Shown: positions 42,578 through 57,340 of the stretch, piece by piece
How the letters are laid out: each line of letters starts with the position of its first letter
How positions within the stretch are numbered: the first letter of the stretch is position 1
From: the human T2T-CHM13v2.0 reference genome, Homo sapiens
Assembly (NCBI RefSeq): GCF_009914755.1
Contig: NC_060944.1
Strand: one strand, 5' to 3'
Length of the DNA stretch: 64,000 nucleotides
The notes under the pieces: model-generated
The model's input: only the letters and a program-made list of their open reading frames with translations
What the model was told of the DNA's origin: nothing
Databases searched by the model: none
Program-made: the position numbers and the translations under genes

Positions 42578-42829
42578 TATTTTCCAGTTTTTTGTGAGGA
42601 GCATGCACTGCTTTGTTACTGGGAAGGACAGATCATCTTTAGGCAATATTACACGGTAGCAGGCCCCAGATGAAGGCTTAACAGAAAGAAAGTTGGGGCA
42701 AAAGAATGGTGGCAGGAAAGAGGACTGGCCAATACAGATGGCGTGTCACCGTCCTGCTCCCTCCTTCCCTGGAAGTGGACAAAACCAGGCACCATTCACA
42801 TGCCATGGTCTGGGCTATTCTTAACATAC

Positions 42830-43175
42830 CCTCACACATATGCACGCAAACCTCAGGTGCACAAATAGACACATGCACTTACACATATGGCACACATAAA
42901 TATACACACACAAAGACACACACACACCCTCACAAGCACGCCTGCCCATGATGCATGTGCATACATACACTCACATATTTGCTCACACATTCACACACAT
43001 ATAAACACACCTCTCATGCACATACACACTCACATATTTGCTCACACATTCACACACATATAAACACACCTCTCATGCACATACACACTCACATATCCAC
43101 ACGTGCACCTACACATGTACACATCACATACATGTATGTACACGCACAACTATTATGCACATCGTACACACAGGC
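42830..43175. repeat. CA-rich low-complexity tract containing a perfect 59-bp tandem duplication (42967-43096)
   Basis: Identical units start at 42967 and 43026; partial third unit at 43085. Confidence 0.92.
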
Positions 43176-45223
43176 TCACTGCTTCACTTTGAAAATCGGA
43201 TTTCCAAAACTTTCCTAGCACAACCATCTCACAAGGGTGTCTCTGGCCTCCTCCTCTGAGCAGCTCCCAATAACGCCTTCCAGGAGCAGGGGTGCCTTCT
43301 GTCTGGGCCCCAGAACATGCACTGCAGGTGTCGTCTCAGGGTGGGCTCCAAAGAGCATTTCCCTCTGTAACCACAGGCTGGGAGGCCCAGCCCATCCCCT
43401 TGAGCACTGGGCAACCCGTCGGCACCCAGGAGCTCAGCTCTCAGGAAGGCTTCCAGAAGCTCCCTTCAAAACCTCAGAAGCAGCTCCATACCCTCAGGAG
43501 AGGCTGCAGTTTGCAGAGTTCACACTTCCCTGGAGGAAGCCTATGAAGCCAGACCCACCTGGGCCCTCAGAAAGGCCCCTGGAGTCAGAATGCTTGGATC
43601 CAGTCCCTGCTCCTCTCTGAGCCTTGGTTTTCTCATCAGTAATGGAACAGACCTTTGAGCTCTCATCAAGAGCTTGTAGCTAATACTATAGACTGAGCCT
43701 CTCAACCTTCAAGGCAGCTGGAGAGGAGTTTAATTCAGTGGATAACATGCACCCAAAGTCCTTAGCCATCAGTGTTTATTGCTGGGGGTTCCACAGTCCC
43801 TGCTGATATAAATATATATGTAACTTGCTCCCCCCAGAGAGCCCAGATGGCTGGGAGGTGGAGGGGAACTGCACACACCTGTGCAGTCACCCTCACCACC
43901 CCTACAGGTTAGCCACAGCCCAGTGGTTTGGCAAAAACATCTGCCCCATGCTTCCTGGATAACATACTGAGCAGCAGAGACCCAGGATGGGAGGGGCAGC
44001 TGGGAGCTGAGGGCCTCCGGGATGGTCTCAAACAGGAAGGGATGGCAGGTGCTATGCCTGCAGGTGCGGGGACAGGGTCACATGAATCAGGTAGGCAAGG
44101 CATGGGCCTGTGACTTTTGAGGACCAAGGAGGGGGACATGCTCAGGATGGGCTGAAATGTCCCTCTGTCACCTTCCAAAGGGGGTGCCTAGCAGAGATCC
44201 AACTTAGGGTTTTTGCTTCTTTAGAGAAAGCCATTGTCAGCTACATCGCAGAATGGGTGGGAATAGGAAGTTAACTTGGAAAGACATGAATTGTCATTCC
44301 TTGGAAAAGGGGAATGAGCTTCCAATGGTCCAAGGAATCAGGAATGAGTCCACTGGGAAGCAGGGTAACTCTGGTGTCCCCAGAGAGCCAGGTCTGCAGT
44401 GACACCAGGAAGCCCTGCAATCGTGCTGGGCTTTGACCTGCTGGGTGAGGCCCCTGCCCCGGGCCTCAGGCCCTGCCGAACTCCATGCTGGCTCTTCTGG
44501 GCCATAGTCCTCCCCAGAGTAAGGAGTTGGTGAGGCCAAGGGGACATGCCCAGCTAGATGATCACACACATCCCCTTCTAGAAGGTACCCCTCGTCCTGA
44601 GGGTGGCCAAGGGGACGCTGTCTGCAAGAGAATGATGGAGTGTGGTTGGCCAGATGTGTGTGCCCAGGGCACCTCAGCATGAAGGGGACTGGGAGGTGGG
44701 AAGGGAAGGAGAGGGAAAAGGGAGGCCTCCTACCCAGGCTAAAGTCCCCACCCAGTGATTTCTGCTTAGACTGGCCACCCTTGTCATAAAGGAGGCCAGG
44801 AAAGGTGACTGTGCTATGCTTAATAATACAGACTCTGTAACTGGTAAGATCAGGAAAGACGATTGAGGGCAGGCAGCTGGCAGCCTTTCTGTGCTTCACT
44901 TTTCTACTAAATGCAGCAGAGGGGAGAGGGTTGCCCCACCCCAGAGAGTCCCTACCACAGAGCAGACCCCCTTAGCACCCAGGATCACTCCAGGAGCTGA
45001 GGACTATATCCAGCACCCACACCTTAAACTTGACTAGATGCAATTACTCAACCATACACTCACATTTTCCTCAGCTGGCCACTGAGGTCAGAGCCAGCTA
45101 GACTGGACTTCCTGCTGCTGCCCTGGAGATCCCTGTTGGCACTGGAGACTCCTGGACACAGAACGTGTTATGAGTCAGAAGCAAATGTGGAATTCTCTAC
45201 TTCCTGCCGTCACCCACACGTGG

Positions 45224-45727
45224 GGCGTATCCGCTACTGCTGTATAACAAATCATCCCAAGAATGTAGTAGTTAAAGATAACAACGGTTTACTTTTACTC
45301 ACAAGTCTGTGGATGGTCTGAATGGTTCTTTGGATCTGGACTGGGCTCAGCTGGCCTCAAATGGGCCTCACCCCTGCATCTGGAGGGAGCTGCTGGCTCA
45401 TCTGGGCACTAGCTGGTCCCGATGGTCTCAGCGGGAACGGCTCCTTCTGCTTTGCATTCTCGCCTCCTCTGGGAGGCTGGCCCAGGCATGTTCACAGCAC
45501 AGGTTGGACGGGTTTCCAAGGGAGCAATGGAAGTGTGCTGGGCCTCTTGAGGCCTGGACTTGGTTGCACCACGTTCTATTGGCCAAGTCGCAAGACCAGC
45601 GTGGATTCAAGGGGTGGAGAAATAGACTCCATCTGTTGATGGGAGGAGCAGCAAAGGCACATCGTGAAGGGATATGATAGGGGAGGGAATAACTATGGCT
45701 ATTTTTGCTTACAAACAGCTTACTACA
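45224..45727 (-). mobile_element. MLT1H-like MaLR LTR
   Basis: TGCTGTATAACAAATCATCCCAA, GGCCTCTTGAGGCCT, GATTCAAGGGGTGGAGAAATAGACTCCATCT. Confidence 0.75.
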
Positions 45728-46523
45728 GGAAGTGTGGCCATCTGCCCTCCAGCACAGAGTCAGCATGCAAGCTGCCCTGGAAAAATTCCTATGAAATTTT
45801 TTTTGCAAACTTGTGGCCATTTGGAGGTTACGTGGTGAGAACATTCAGATATACGTAGATATCTGACCATGGTAGCTGCAGCACTCAGGGCCCCACCAGA
45901 AAAATAGAGCCCCAGCCAAGTAGTTCAATAGTGAATTAATACTAGAAACTACAGCTTGACCTTTGAACAATGAGGAAGTTAGGGTCATCAACTCCTCACG
46001 TAATTGAAAATCCACATATAACTCTTGACTCCCCAAAAAGTTTAGTAATAGCCTACTGTTGACCGGAAGCCTTATTGATAACACAAACAGTTGATTAATG
46101 CATATTTTATACGTTATAAATATTATTACTGTATTCTTACAATAAAATAAGCTAGAGAAAAGAAAATGTTATTAAGAAAATCATATGAAGGAAAAAATAA
46201 ATTTATTGCTCATTAAGTGGAAGTGGATCATCATAAAGGTCTTCGTCCTCATTGTCTCCATGCTGAGTGGGCTGAGGAGGAGGAGGAAGGGGAGGGATTG
46301 GTCCTGCTGTCTCAGCGTGGCAGAGGCAGAAGAGGATGAGAAGGTGGAAGGGCCAGCGGGAGAGGCAGGCACACTCGGTGTAACTTTATGGAAATATATC
46401 ATCATTTTTGTTTGACTTTTTTCCTTTCTCATTTCTCTGAAAATGTTTCTGTACAGTACCAATTCTTCTTCCACCATTTGCTTTAGTTTCAGTGCCCAAA
46501 CCATAGAAGGGTCCATGTGGTAA

Positions 46524-47094
<571 letters not shown>

Positions 47095-47924
47095 TAGCTC
47101 TTGAATTTCTCCAAAATCCATATCTTGAAACCCTTCACTCCCCAACCTTGCTGCCATACTCACAATCTCTTTTCTTGATTGGCTCTGTCATAAATCCTGT
47201 GAAGTCATGCACACCTAGACACAGTTTTCTCTAGCAGGAATTTAATGTCTCAGACTTGATGGCTTTCACAGCTTTTTCTATAACAACAACGGCATCTTCG
47301 ATGGTGTAATCCCACCAGACTTTCATGATATTTTCTCTATTGGGGTTCTCTCTCATAGCACTGACAATCCTTTCCATGGAATACTGTGTGTATTGAACTT
47401 TAAAGGTTCTTATGACCTGATCTAGAGGCTGAATTGGAGACATTGTGTTTGGGGGAAAGGAGACCACTTTGACACCTTCGCTGTTGAACTCATGGGGTTC
47501 TGGGTGGCGAGGGGCATGGTCCAGGGTCAAGAGAACTTTAACAGGCAGTCCCTACCTCACAAGGTACTTTCTGACTTCAGGAACAAAGCATCGAAGGAAC
47601 GAGTATAGAAAAAGAGCTCTCCTTATCCAGGCCTTCTTGCACAACCAAAAGACTGGCAACTGGTGCTTATCTTTCCCCTTCAAGGATCAGGGTTTAGCAG
47701 CTTTATAGATAAGAGCAGTCCCAATCACAAACCTACTGCATTTGTACAACACAATAGAGTTAGCCCAACCCTTCTTGCCTTAAATCCTGGTGCTCACTTC
47801 TCTTCCTTACTAATAGATGTTCTTTGTCCATTTTTTTTTCCAGAATAGAGTACCTTCATCTGTATTTAAAAACCTGTTCAGGTAGACATCCTCTCTCCTC
47901 AATGATTTTCTTAAATCATTTCTT

Positions 47925-48220
47925 TTTTTCTTTTTTCTTTTTTTTTTTTTTTGAGATGGGATCTCGCTCTGTCGCCCAGGCTAGAGTGCAATGGTGCGAT
48001 CTCGGCTCACTGCAAGCTCCGCCTTCCGGGTTCAGCCATTCTCCTGCCTCAGCCTCCCAAGTAGGTGGGACTACAGGCACCCGCCACCGCGCCCGGGTAA
48101 TTTTTTGTATTTTTAGTAGAGATGGGGTTTCACCGTGGTCTCGATCTCCTGACCTTGTGATCCGCCTGCCTCGGCCTCCCAATGTGCTGGGATTACAGGT
48201 GTGAGCCACTGCGCCCGGCC
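47925..48220 (-). mobile_element. AluY with 12-bp left-arm deletion (AluYd lineage-like)
   Basis: GGGGTTTCACCGTGGTCTCGATCTCC lacks TTAGCCAGGATG; perfect 15-bp TSD CTTAAATCATTTCTT at 47910 and 48221. Confidence 0.88.
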
Positions 48221-49889
48221 CTTAAATCATTTCTTAATGGCATCTGGGAACTCGTCTGCTGCCTCTTGGTCAGCAGGAGCTGCTTCTCCTGTTATCCTGA
48301 CATTTTTTAAGCCAAACCTCTTTCTAAAATTATCAAACCATCCTTTGCTATCATTAAATGCTCCAGCTTTAGATCCTCCAACACCCTTTTGCTTTAAGTT
48401 GTCATAAAACGACTTTGCTTTTTCGTGAATCATATTAGAGTCTCTAGGTATGCAATCCTGCACCCACATGAAAGCTGCATTTTCAATATGAAAGGAATTT
48501 TGCAAAAAAAGTGCAAAGTTTTTGTGCCTGCTGGCCCAGAAATGGCTTCACGAATTTCCTTTTGTTTTTTGCAATGGTTGTTAGGCTGGTTCATTTGTTT
48601 TTGAAATAGCCGGCAACCTCAGCTGCAGACATCAATCTATGGTAAACATCAAGCAATTCAACTTTCTTGTAATGTCATGGCTTTCCTCTGCTTCTTGGGA
48701 GCACCCCCAGCACCACTAGTGGCACTTCATGTGGGTCTCTTGGTGCTATTCAGGGTTTATGGTATGCACTGCACACAAAGAAAAATACACGAGAACCAGA
48801 AGAGATCACTTTTCACTGCAATATGCAGTGTATCATTAGAGACAAACTGCTCACAGGGAGATGATCAGCATCATATGGTGTTTAAGTGGATACTTGCAAC
48901 AGGAGCTTGCCACAATAGCAACAAGAGGTGGCTATGAAATTATGACAGTAGTATGGTATCAGTACAGTGAATTCGATGCAGTTATGATTTAATACTGTAT
49001 CTTCGTTTGTTTCCATTTATCTTGATTGAAAGGCACCATGTATGGTCTGTGTCCGTATGTGTAAGTTTTGATAAATTTTAACTTTTTAGAATAGATTTGT
49101 GTATATTTTATGGTAGTAAATGATAAAATAGACTCCTATCTACATATATTTTATGCATTCATGACATACCTAACTTTTCCTGAATTTTCTTGATATTTCT
49201 AGACCATGCTGCAAGCTTTTTTAAATTATCACAAATCTCCAAAAAATGTTTATTGAAAAAAATCCATGTAGAAGAGGACCTGTGCAGTTCAAACCCATGT
49301 TGTTCAAGGGTCACCTGTAGTTGCAAAGGTGATGGAAGAGCTGAAAACCTAAACGGGAGGGTAGAGCAACCCAGAAAGTAGAAACTGCTACTTCCCCAGG
49401 GCTAGAGGAACAAGGGAAGAGAGGGTATTATTAGGAGCCGAAGTTATGGAGGAGACTTGGCCACTGCTGGAGGCATCACCTGAAACAGAAAGGGCTGGAG
49501 AGAGAATATTCCTGGCTTCTCTCTTCTACCAAGCTCAATCTCCTGCCACTGCTTCCCATTGACTGAACTTGTCAGGAAGCCAGGGTGCAGGGGAGCCTGG
49601 GAAATGTAGTCCACAGAGGTCAGGGCCGTGCAACACAGCACAGCAGAGAAGGATGAGGGATGGATCTGAGGACAAACAGGAAAGTGACAGTCTCCACCGC
49701 CTGAGCTGTGTGATGGGGATGAGAAGGGCCCTGTGCCTACCTGAAGGCAGAAGATTGTCTCAGCTGACAGCTTTGCGTCTTTTCTGATTCCTACAGAAAT
49801 GGAGAGCATGAGCAGCAAGGGAGAAGTCTTTGTCACCCTATCCCCAACAGGAGGGGACTGTGGGAGAATGATCTTAGGTGGGGAGATGA

Positions 49890-50394
<505 letters not shown>

Positions 50395-50722
50395 TCATGT
50401 AATCCTTTTGATAACCCTTTGAGATAAGCACCAAGGGTGTTCCATAAAACCTAAAAAAAATTATAGCCAAAAAAAAAAGATTGTTCCAGTACACATATAA
50501 CTGAACAAAAAAGTCCTGAAACTGAAAAATGAAAAATCCCAGAAGGTCTGAGTGTAGTGTGGCTGCTTGAGGCCAAATTAGACCTTCTGGTCAACATGAT
50601 TTCCTGTAAGTGAATAGATAAAAATAAGCTTCTGTATATGTTCTATGTATTGAATCATACAGTATCACTATATATGTTTTTTCATTCAATATTTCTTACA
50701 ATCCAGCATTGTAAAAGTTTCA

Positions 50723-51175
<453 letters not shown>

Positions 51176-52286
51176 AAGAAATGGAAGATCAGAGAAGTGG
51201 AATAACCTCCTAGGATCACACAGCTTGTGAATGAGAGGCACTGAGTTGCTCAGTGATGGAGTGTCTAATGTTGGGTGTGTATGTACTGACTGTGTCCCAA
51301 GGCCAATTATAACTTGGGGAAGGCACCACTACCTCCCTGTCATACAATGGGTACATTGTCTGTCAATGGCACGTGGTTGTACACACCTCCAGGGGTAAAC
51401 AATCAAAAGTCAGGAGCCTCTCCAGCTCTCCCTCATAAAAATACTGTATCCTCTAGGGAGTGGGGTTCTCTAGTCCAGCCCCATGTGATATGCAGTCCCA
51501 GTGGGGCCGGGAGATTTGCCCAAGGTCACACAGCTGGTTAGAGGGGAACCACACACCACCACGTCCTGCAGCTGCAAATCTGTTTCATGGCCTGCTTCCT
51601 CTCTTCTTCCCTAGAATGCCTTTTTTTTCTACCACAGAGTTTCTACAGTTCAAACCTGGAGGGCAGGTTGGGTTTTGTTTTGTTTTTCACACACTCCTTC
51701 ACAGATTACAGGAGAGATTTTACTCTTGAACTGAAAGTAGAAAATTATTGTTAGCTTTAACACACAGCTCTTTCTCTCTTCCCCAACCCAGATACATTAG
51801 GATCCTCTTGTCCTATCAAAAAAAAAATAGTAATAATAATAATAATAATAATTCTATGGGGCAGAAAAGAGAAGAATTTGTGAGTTTCCCATTCCTGGCT
51901 GGACATTTCCCACAAATGGCAGTTAAGTCTTCATTGACTAATAGGAAAAGAGCAGCTCCAGCCGCATGACTTCACGGCACAGGCAAAGTCAAAGGCAAGG
52001 AGAGCTCACCTTAACTCTGGTGTATAGACACAGACTCCATGCCTCTTGTCCAACTCTTCCATCAGGGAGCCAGAACGTCCACATCTTCCAGGTTCCTGTA
52101 GGCTGTGTTTAGGGAGAGATGTAAGACTCTACTGGAACTTACGTGCTGGGAGGGCCAATGGTGCTGACACTTGGTCTTCTTGCTCTTGGCTGATGGATAG
52201 CAGGGAATATGAAGCTATCTATATCTCACTCAGATAGAGATGGACATTCCAGTCAAAAGCTAAGCTACTTCTGAATGCAAAGATGG

Positions 52287-52789
52287 TGTATCAGCTTTTG
52301 CTGCATAACAAACCACTCCAAAATGTAGTGGTTAAAATAACTATTGTTTATTTAGCTCATGAGTCCTCATATTAGCCATTTGGGTTGTGCTTAGCTGGGC
52401 TCATTCCTATGTCTTTGGCCAGCTGCTGGGTTTGCTGGGCCTGTCTGATCTGGGATGGCTCAGCTGAGACAGTATGCCTCTGCTCCACGTGGTCTCTCAT
52501 CCTCAGCAGCATAGCCTGAGCTTTATGCACAGTAGCCTGGGCTTTATCCATGGTAACCAACAGGCTCCCAAGACAAGAGCAGCAGTACTCAGGGCCTCTT
52601 GAGGCCCAGGCTTGGAACTGTCATAAGGTGACTCCCAACATATTCCAATGGCTAAGTCAAGTCAAAAGGCCATCCCTGATTCAAGGACTGGAAATCAGCC
52701 CCAGAAGCTACAAAGTCACATTGGAAAGGGGCATAGATTTAGGGAGGGGGAAGGATTGTCACCATGTTTGCAAATGATCTTCCCCTATA
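52287..52789 (-). mobile_element. MLT1H-like MaLR LTR
   Basis: TTGCTGCATAACAAACCACTCCAAAA, CTCTGCTCCACGTGGTCTCTCATCCTC, GGCCTCTTGAGGCCCAGGCTTGGAACTG. Confidence 0.78.
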
Positions 52790-52942
52790 TCCATTTAAAA
52801 TTCTTCTAGGAACAAAGTAGGGGTTTCAGGAAAAAAAAAAGTGTTGAATCAAATAATACACCCAAGTAAGAGTTTGTGGCACCAGCCTGTTGCACGCCTA
52901 CTAAATGCAAGCCTTAAGCCTCTGCAGTGGGTAGACCCTAAG

Positions 52943-53140
52943 CAGTAGCAAGCTGGAGCCTGCTAGCACTGACTCATGAAAGCCAACTGTTAAATGCTCA
53001 GGAATTTTTTGAGCCAGTTGTTAAACCATCATAGCTTGAAACTGACCATGGTGGGAGCGTTTACACCATGGGAATTGGCTAGCACTACAAATCAGGGTGC
53101 TTTTTCTCCTGGAGAGCTGGTTTACCCACACACCATCCCC
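52943..53140 (+). mobile_element. MER63A-like (hAT-Blackjack)
   Basis: CAGGAATTTTTTGAGCCAGTTGTTAAAC, CCATGGTGGGAGCGTTTACACCA, CTACAAATCAGGG. Confidence 0.72.
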
Positions 53141-53919
53141 GTTAAGCTGAAGGAAATACTGTCTCTTCCAACTTGAGGAGTAAGACAGATACACAATGGA
53201 AGATTATCACATGCCAATCAGGCATGATGACTTCAATACAAGAAATAAACTGAGAGACTGGAGACAGCAGGGAAAGGAACTCATCATTTCTGATGTGTAG
53301 AAATTACATAAGGCATCATGGAGGAGGTGGTCTTTTCAGCTGGGCCTTGAAGGAAATACAGAGATAGCCACAGCCAGAGGGAAGGCTGCAGCCTGTGGAA
53401 CAGCCAGGCACAGAAAGAGGTGCCTTTAGAGAGCAGGCAGCCAGCCTAGTGGAAGGGGCTTAGACTACAGGTGTTTTATTTAGTACCATTTTTGCTTCAA
53501 GTGACAGAAAATCCCAAACAACAATGACTTAAGCAAGTTGGTTTAATTCTCTCCCTGTAAGCGATTTTGGGAAATGATTGTGAATGATCAGTGCTCTGCA
53601 GGCACAGCGGCTCTGCCTCCGACCAGCCCTCACATCTCCTCTTGTCCCAGACTCTCCCAGAACAGGTGCATGGTCTTCTTGTCCTTCTCTCTCCTTCTTG
53701 GGTGCTGCAGGCCATCCGGCAGCCTGGGATCTGACATCCAGCTTCCCCACTCGCAGCTGTGTGAGCTCAGAAAGGTTGCCTAACATTTCTGAATCCTGGT
53801 TTCCAACTTGGTAAAATGGAGCAACGTAACTCACAGAGGGTTACAACAATGTGGGGTATAGTGTCTGTGCAGAACTTAGCATGGTGACCGACCCAGGGTG
53901 GGCACTCAGGGGAAGTAGG

Positions 53920-53953
53920 GTGTGTGTGTGTGCGTGCGTGCGTGCATGTGCGT

Positions 53954-53988
<35 letters not shown>
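53920..53988. repeat. Alternating purine-pyrimidine (TG/CG)n tract followed by (GA)n
   Basis: 69 bp of uninterrupted alternation with 6 CpG. Confidence 0.95.
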
Positions 53989-55952
53989 ATGAAAGAGAGA
54001 GAGAGAGAGCCTCTCCAGGCCCTGGCCAGAGACCCCTTGGCCTCCTCCTGCCTGCTTGGAGAGGCAAGGTCTCTCTTTTTCCCAGGGTCGGGTGATGGAG
54101 CTGTTGGGGAGGGAGCCCTGGCAGCCTGGTCCTTGTGGAGTTTGGTTCTGCGTGGGCAGCTGTGTGAACCTTGACCGCTTCAGACCAGCTTCACTGGGGT
54201 AGCCACTTCAAAGGGCCCATGAGGATGCCTGCCCCAGTCCCCAGCCCATCCACCCTCACCCACAGCCCATGCCCCATGAGAGGGGACTGTGCCTGGAAAG
54301 GGCCTCTCTGGGAAATGATGTCTACCCCTCCAGGATCAAGGGGTAGGGCAGTCGGGTTGCAGCTGGGGAGGAGATGAAGGCAGGAAGTATGCTAGGTCAG
54401 TGACCCAGGCAAATATTTGGCAGATCAATGCTCAAGGTTGACCTCAAGTGTTTACCACTGGGTCACCAGGAAGTGGCTTCTTGCCACTTTCACCCACGCC
54501 TCCCCTCATGGCAGCCTTCAGGGATGAGGGCTTTTCTGGCTGTGGTCAGGGGCTCACCTGTCCACCTAGCCCCCTGGCCTAGAGCGCCCTGCCTTGCCCA
54601 CCTAACTGGAGGTGGTCTTGGGACACATCATTTTTTCCTCAGAGTGAGTGGTCGTCAGAGGCCAGATCCCACCAGGACAGCCTCCTGCCCTGTGCTGAGT
54701 CCTCTCCTAGGGAAAGGCCAGCCCACTCGCTCTCCCCTAAACAACCGGGAGCACAGGTAACTCGCCTCTCTCCAACCGATGAGGACGTCCCGCGCCCAGG
54801 CTCCTGAGGGAGGGCGTGGGAGGAAGGTGCGAGCCAGACCCACATCCTCTCTGCTGCTGGAGGGGGCCCTTGCACCGGCTCAGAAAGGTGCGGAGCGTTG
54901 CCTGCAGCCGAGAGGGAAACAGCGCCTCTCCGAGCACTTTGTTCCACTTGCTGGAGGGCTAAAAATACACTGGCACAGCCAAAGGCAGTCCTTGAGAGCC
55001 CAGGGGAGTTGGCAGTGGGGAATAGCTATCCTAGCACCTGGCACTATTAAAGGAGCATCGCAGGATTAGCCAACCCCCTGGGCCCTGCCTGCGCCCGTCA
55101 TCCCCACTCTGCACTCAGTTCACTCTTCCTGCAGCAGAGTCCGGGCTTCCCTGCACCCCTGCTCCACCCTGCCCACTCTTTCCCCAGGCTGGACCATCTG
55201 TATCCCTGGTTGGAGCCTGGGGCTGCCTACGTGACTGCGCTTTTGCAGATGTCAAAACAGCAGCTCTCCTGCAAAACACCGAGAATGCTTCCAATTCCTC
55301 CAGGGAAGCTACAATTTGCCATAAAGCTGAAAATGAAAATCCTTTTAGTGGGCCACAACCCAGTTTGTGAATTTCTTAAATTCAAGAAATGTGCATTGAC
55401 ACCCTGCTTCTATAGGCCTTAATCTTTCCAGGACCTCAAGCCTCTGTGAGAGTCTGAAGAAAGACAGGGACTCAGAAAAACAAAATGCTCCTAAGCAGCA
55501 ATTGCCAAGCAATTTTAGGGAACTGGATTTTAGGGAAATGGATACCATGAACCCCATCCACACATGCGCACACTCCGAGTTCAGAATGCTTGATTTGCTG
55601 GAAGCCAGGCACTGAGCTAGACCCTGAGATGGAGAGATGAGGAAGTGGGGGAACTGCCGGGCACGCAAATGCCACCAATGCCACGGGCATGGTTAAAGAG
55701 AGGTGAGAACCAGGCCCTCAGGGTTGCGGGGGCGGGGCAGGGGGGAAGATGATCCAGGGTGTAACTAGAATATGGAGAAAAGGGTGCATTTGAATGGGGC
55801 TTTGAAGGACAAACGCGATCTTACTGGGGAGAAAATGTAGGGTTAGAGAATTTGTGTACATAGAATTTGTGCTCCTAGCAGGGCATGAAAAAGAAAAAAC
55901 TTGTTTGGAAGCAGGGCAGTCCTGAGGGTTTGCAGGGGATACGAAGGCTGAG

Positions 55953-56488
55953 TGGATTCATGCTCTGTTGCTGTGTAAGTCTACCACAAACTGAGAGGCT
56001 AGGCACAACACACACTTATTATCTCAGCTTCCGCGGGCCAGGGGTCCACCCAGTTAGGGTAGGTCCTCTGCTCAGGGGCTCTCCAGGCTGCACCAGGGGT
56101 CACAGGGACCTGGACAGGAAGGAATCTGCACCTGAGTTCATTCAGGATTTTAGCAGGATTCATCTCCTGTGACTCTAGAACTGAGAGCCCCACCTTCCTA
56201 CCGGCTGGCGGCTGGAAGCTGCCCTCAGCTCCTAGAAGCCACCACAGTTCCCTGCTACGGGCCTTCTCCATGGGCACCTCCCAACACAGCTGCTGCCTTT
56301 TCAAGGCCGGCAGAATCTCTATAAAGTCTGCTAAGACCGAACCTTCTATCATATAAAGAGTGATAGCCCATATTCTTGCTTCTTGCTAGGAGCAAGTCAC
56401 AGGTTTTACCTGCACTCAAGAGGTGGGGATTCTATGGGGCGTAACAGTGAAGAGTGGAGCTCACAGGGCCATTTCAAGTTCTGTCGGC
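55953..56488 (-). mobile_element. MLT1E/F-like MaLR LTR
   Basis: GGTCCTCTGCTCAGGG, CCTCAGCTCCTAGAAGCCACC, AGCAAGTCACAGGT...CACTCAAG. Confidence 0.75.
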
Positions 56489-56611
56489 TGAGGGAAGACT
56501 TCGCTGGAAAAGAGGCTTGGAGAGAGTTATGAATGCCCTTGCATGCCAGTTTGAAATGTACGGGAGACAGGGAGCCACAGAAAGGGGATGAGGAGGGAAG
56601 GATAGGATTAG

Positions 56612-56992
<381 letters not shown>

Positions 56993-57029
56993 TGAGGAGC
57001 CATGGGATGGTGAAGAAAGACCCAGTGTC

Positions 57030-57340
57030 TGCCTCGCTGACCTGCATTTCCTCTTGGTCTCTATGCAAGTGTCACCTGATCAGTAAGGCTCTCCCTGTCC
57101 ACCTGACATAAAACAACCGCCCACCTCCTCTCTCAAGCCCTCACCCAGCCTTACTGTCTCACAGCTTACCAGCACGTGTCATACCATGTGTTTGCTTCTT
57201 TATCTGTTTATTGTCTTTCTGTCCCTTGTAGAATGGAAGGAGTTTGTTCGGCTGACTGCTATATCTCCAGCCACTAGAACAGTGCCTGGGGTATTGTACC
57301 TACTCAATCAATATTTGCTAACTAAATGAATGAATGAATG
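57030..57340 (+). mobile_element. L2 3' end
   Basis: TGTTTATTGTCT, CTAGAACAGTGCCTGG, CTCAATCAATATTTG, (TGAA)n end. Confidence 0.78.

Noticed and set aside
42967-43096. Repeat array resembling CRISPR
   Set aside because: Contiguous tandem units without unique spacers, eukaryotic context, no cas genes
42955-43259. His/Thr-rich ORFs that look like metal-binding peptides
   Set aside because: Artefact of CA-rich low-complexity DNA
54700-55120. CpG island or CTCF site
   Set aside because: CpG enrichment is modest and short, and the CTCF-like strings deviate at core positions
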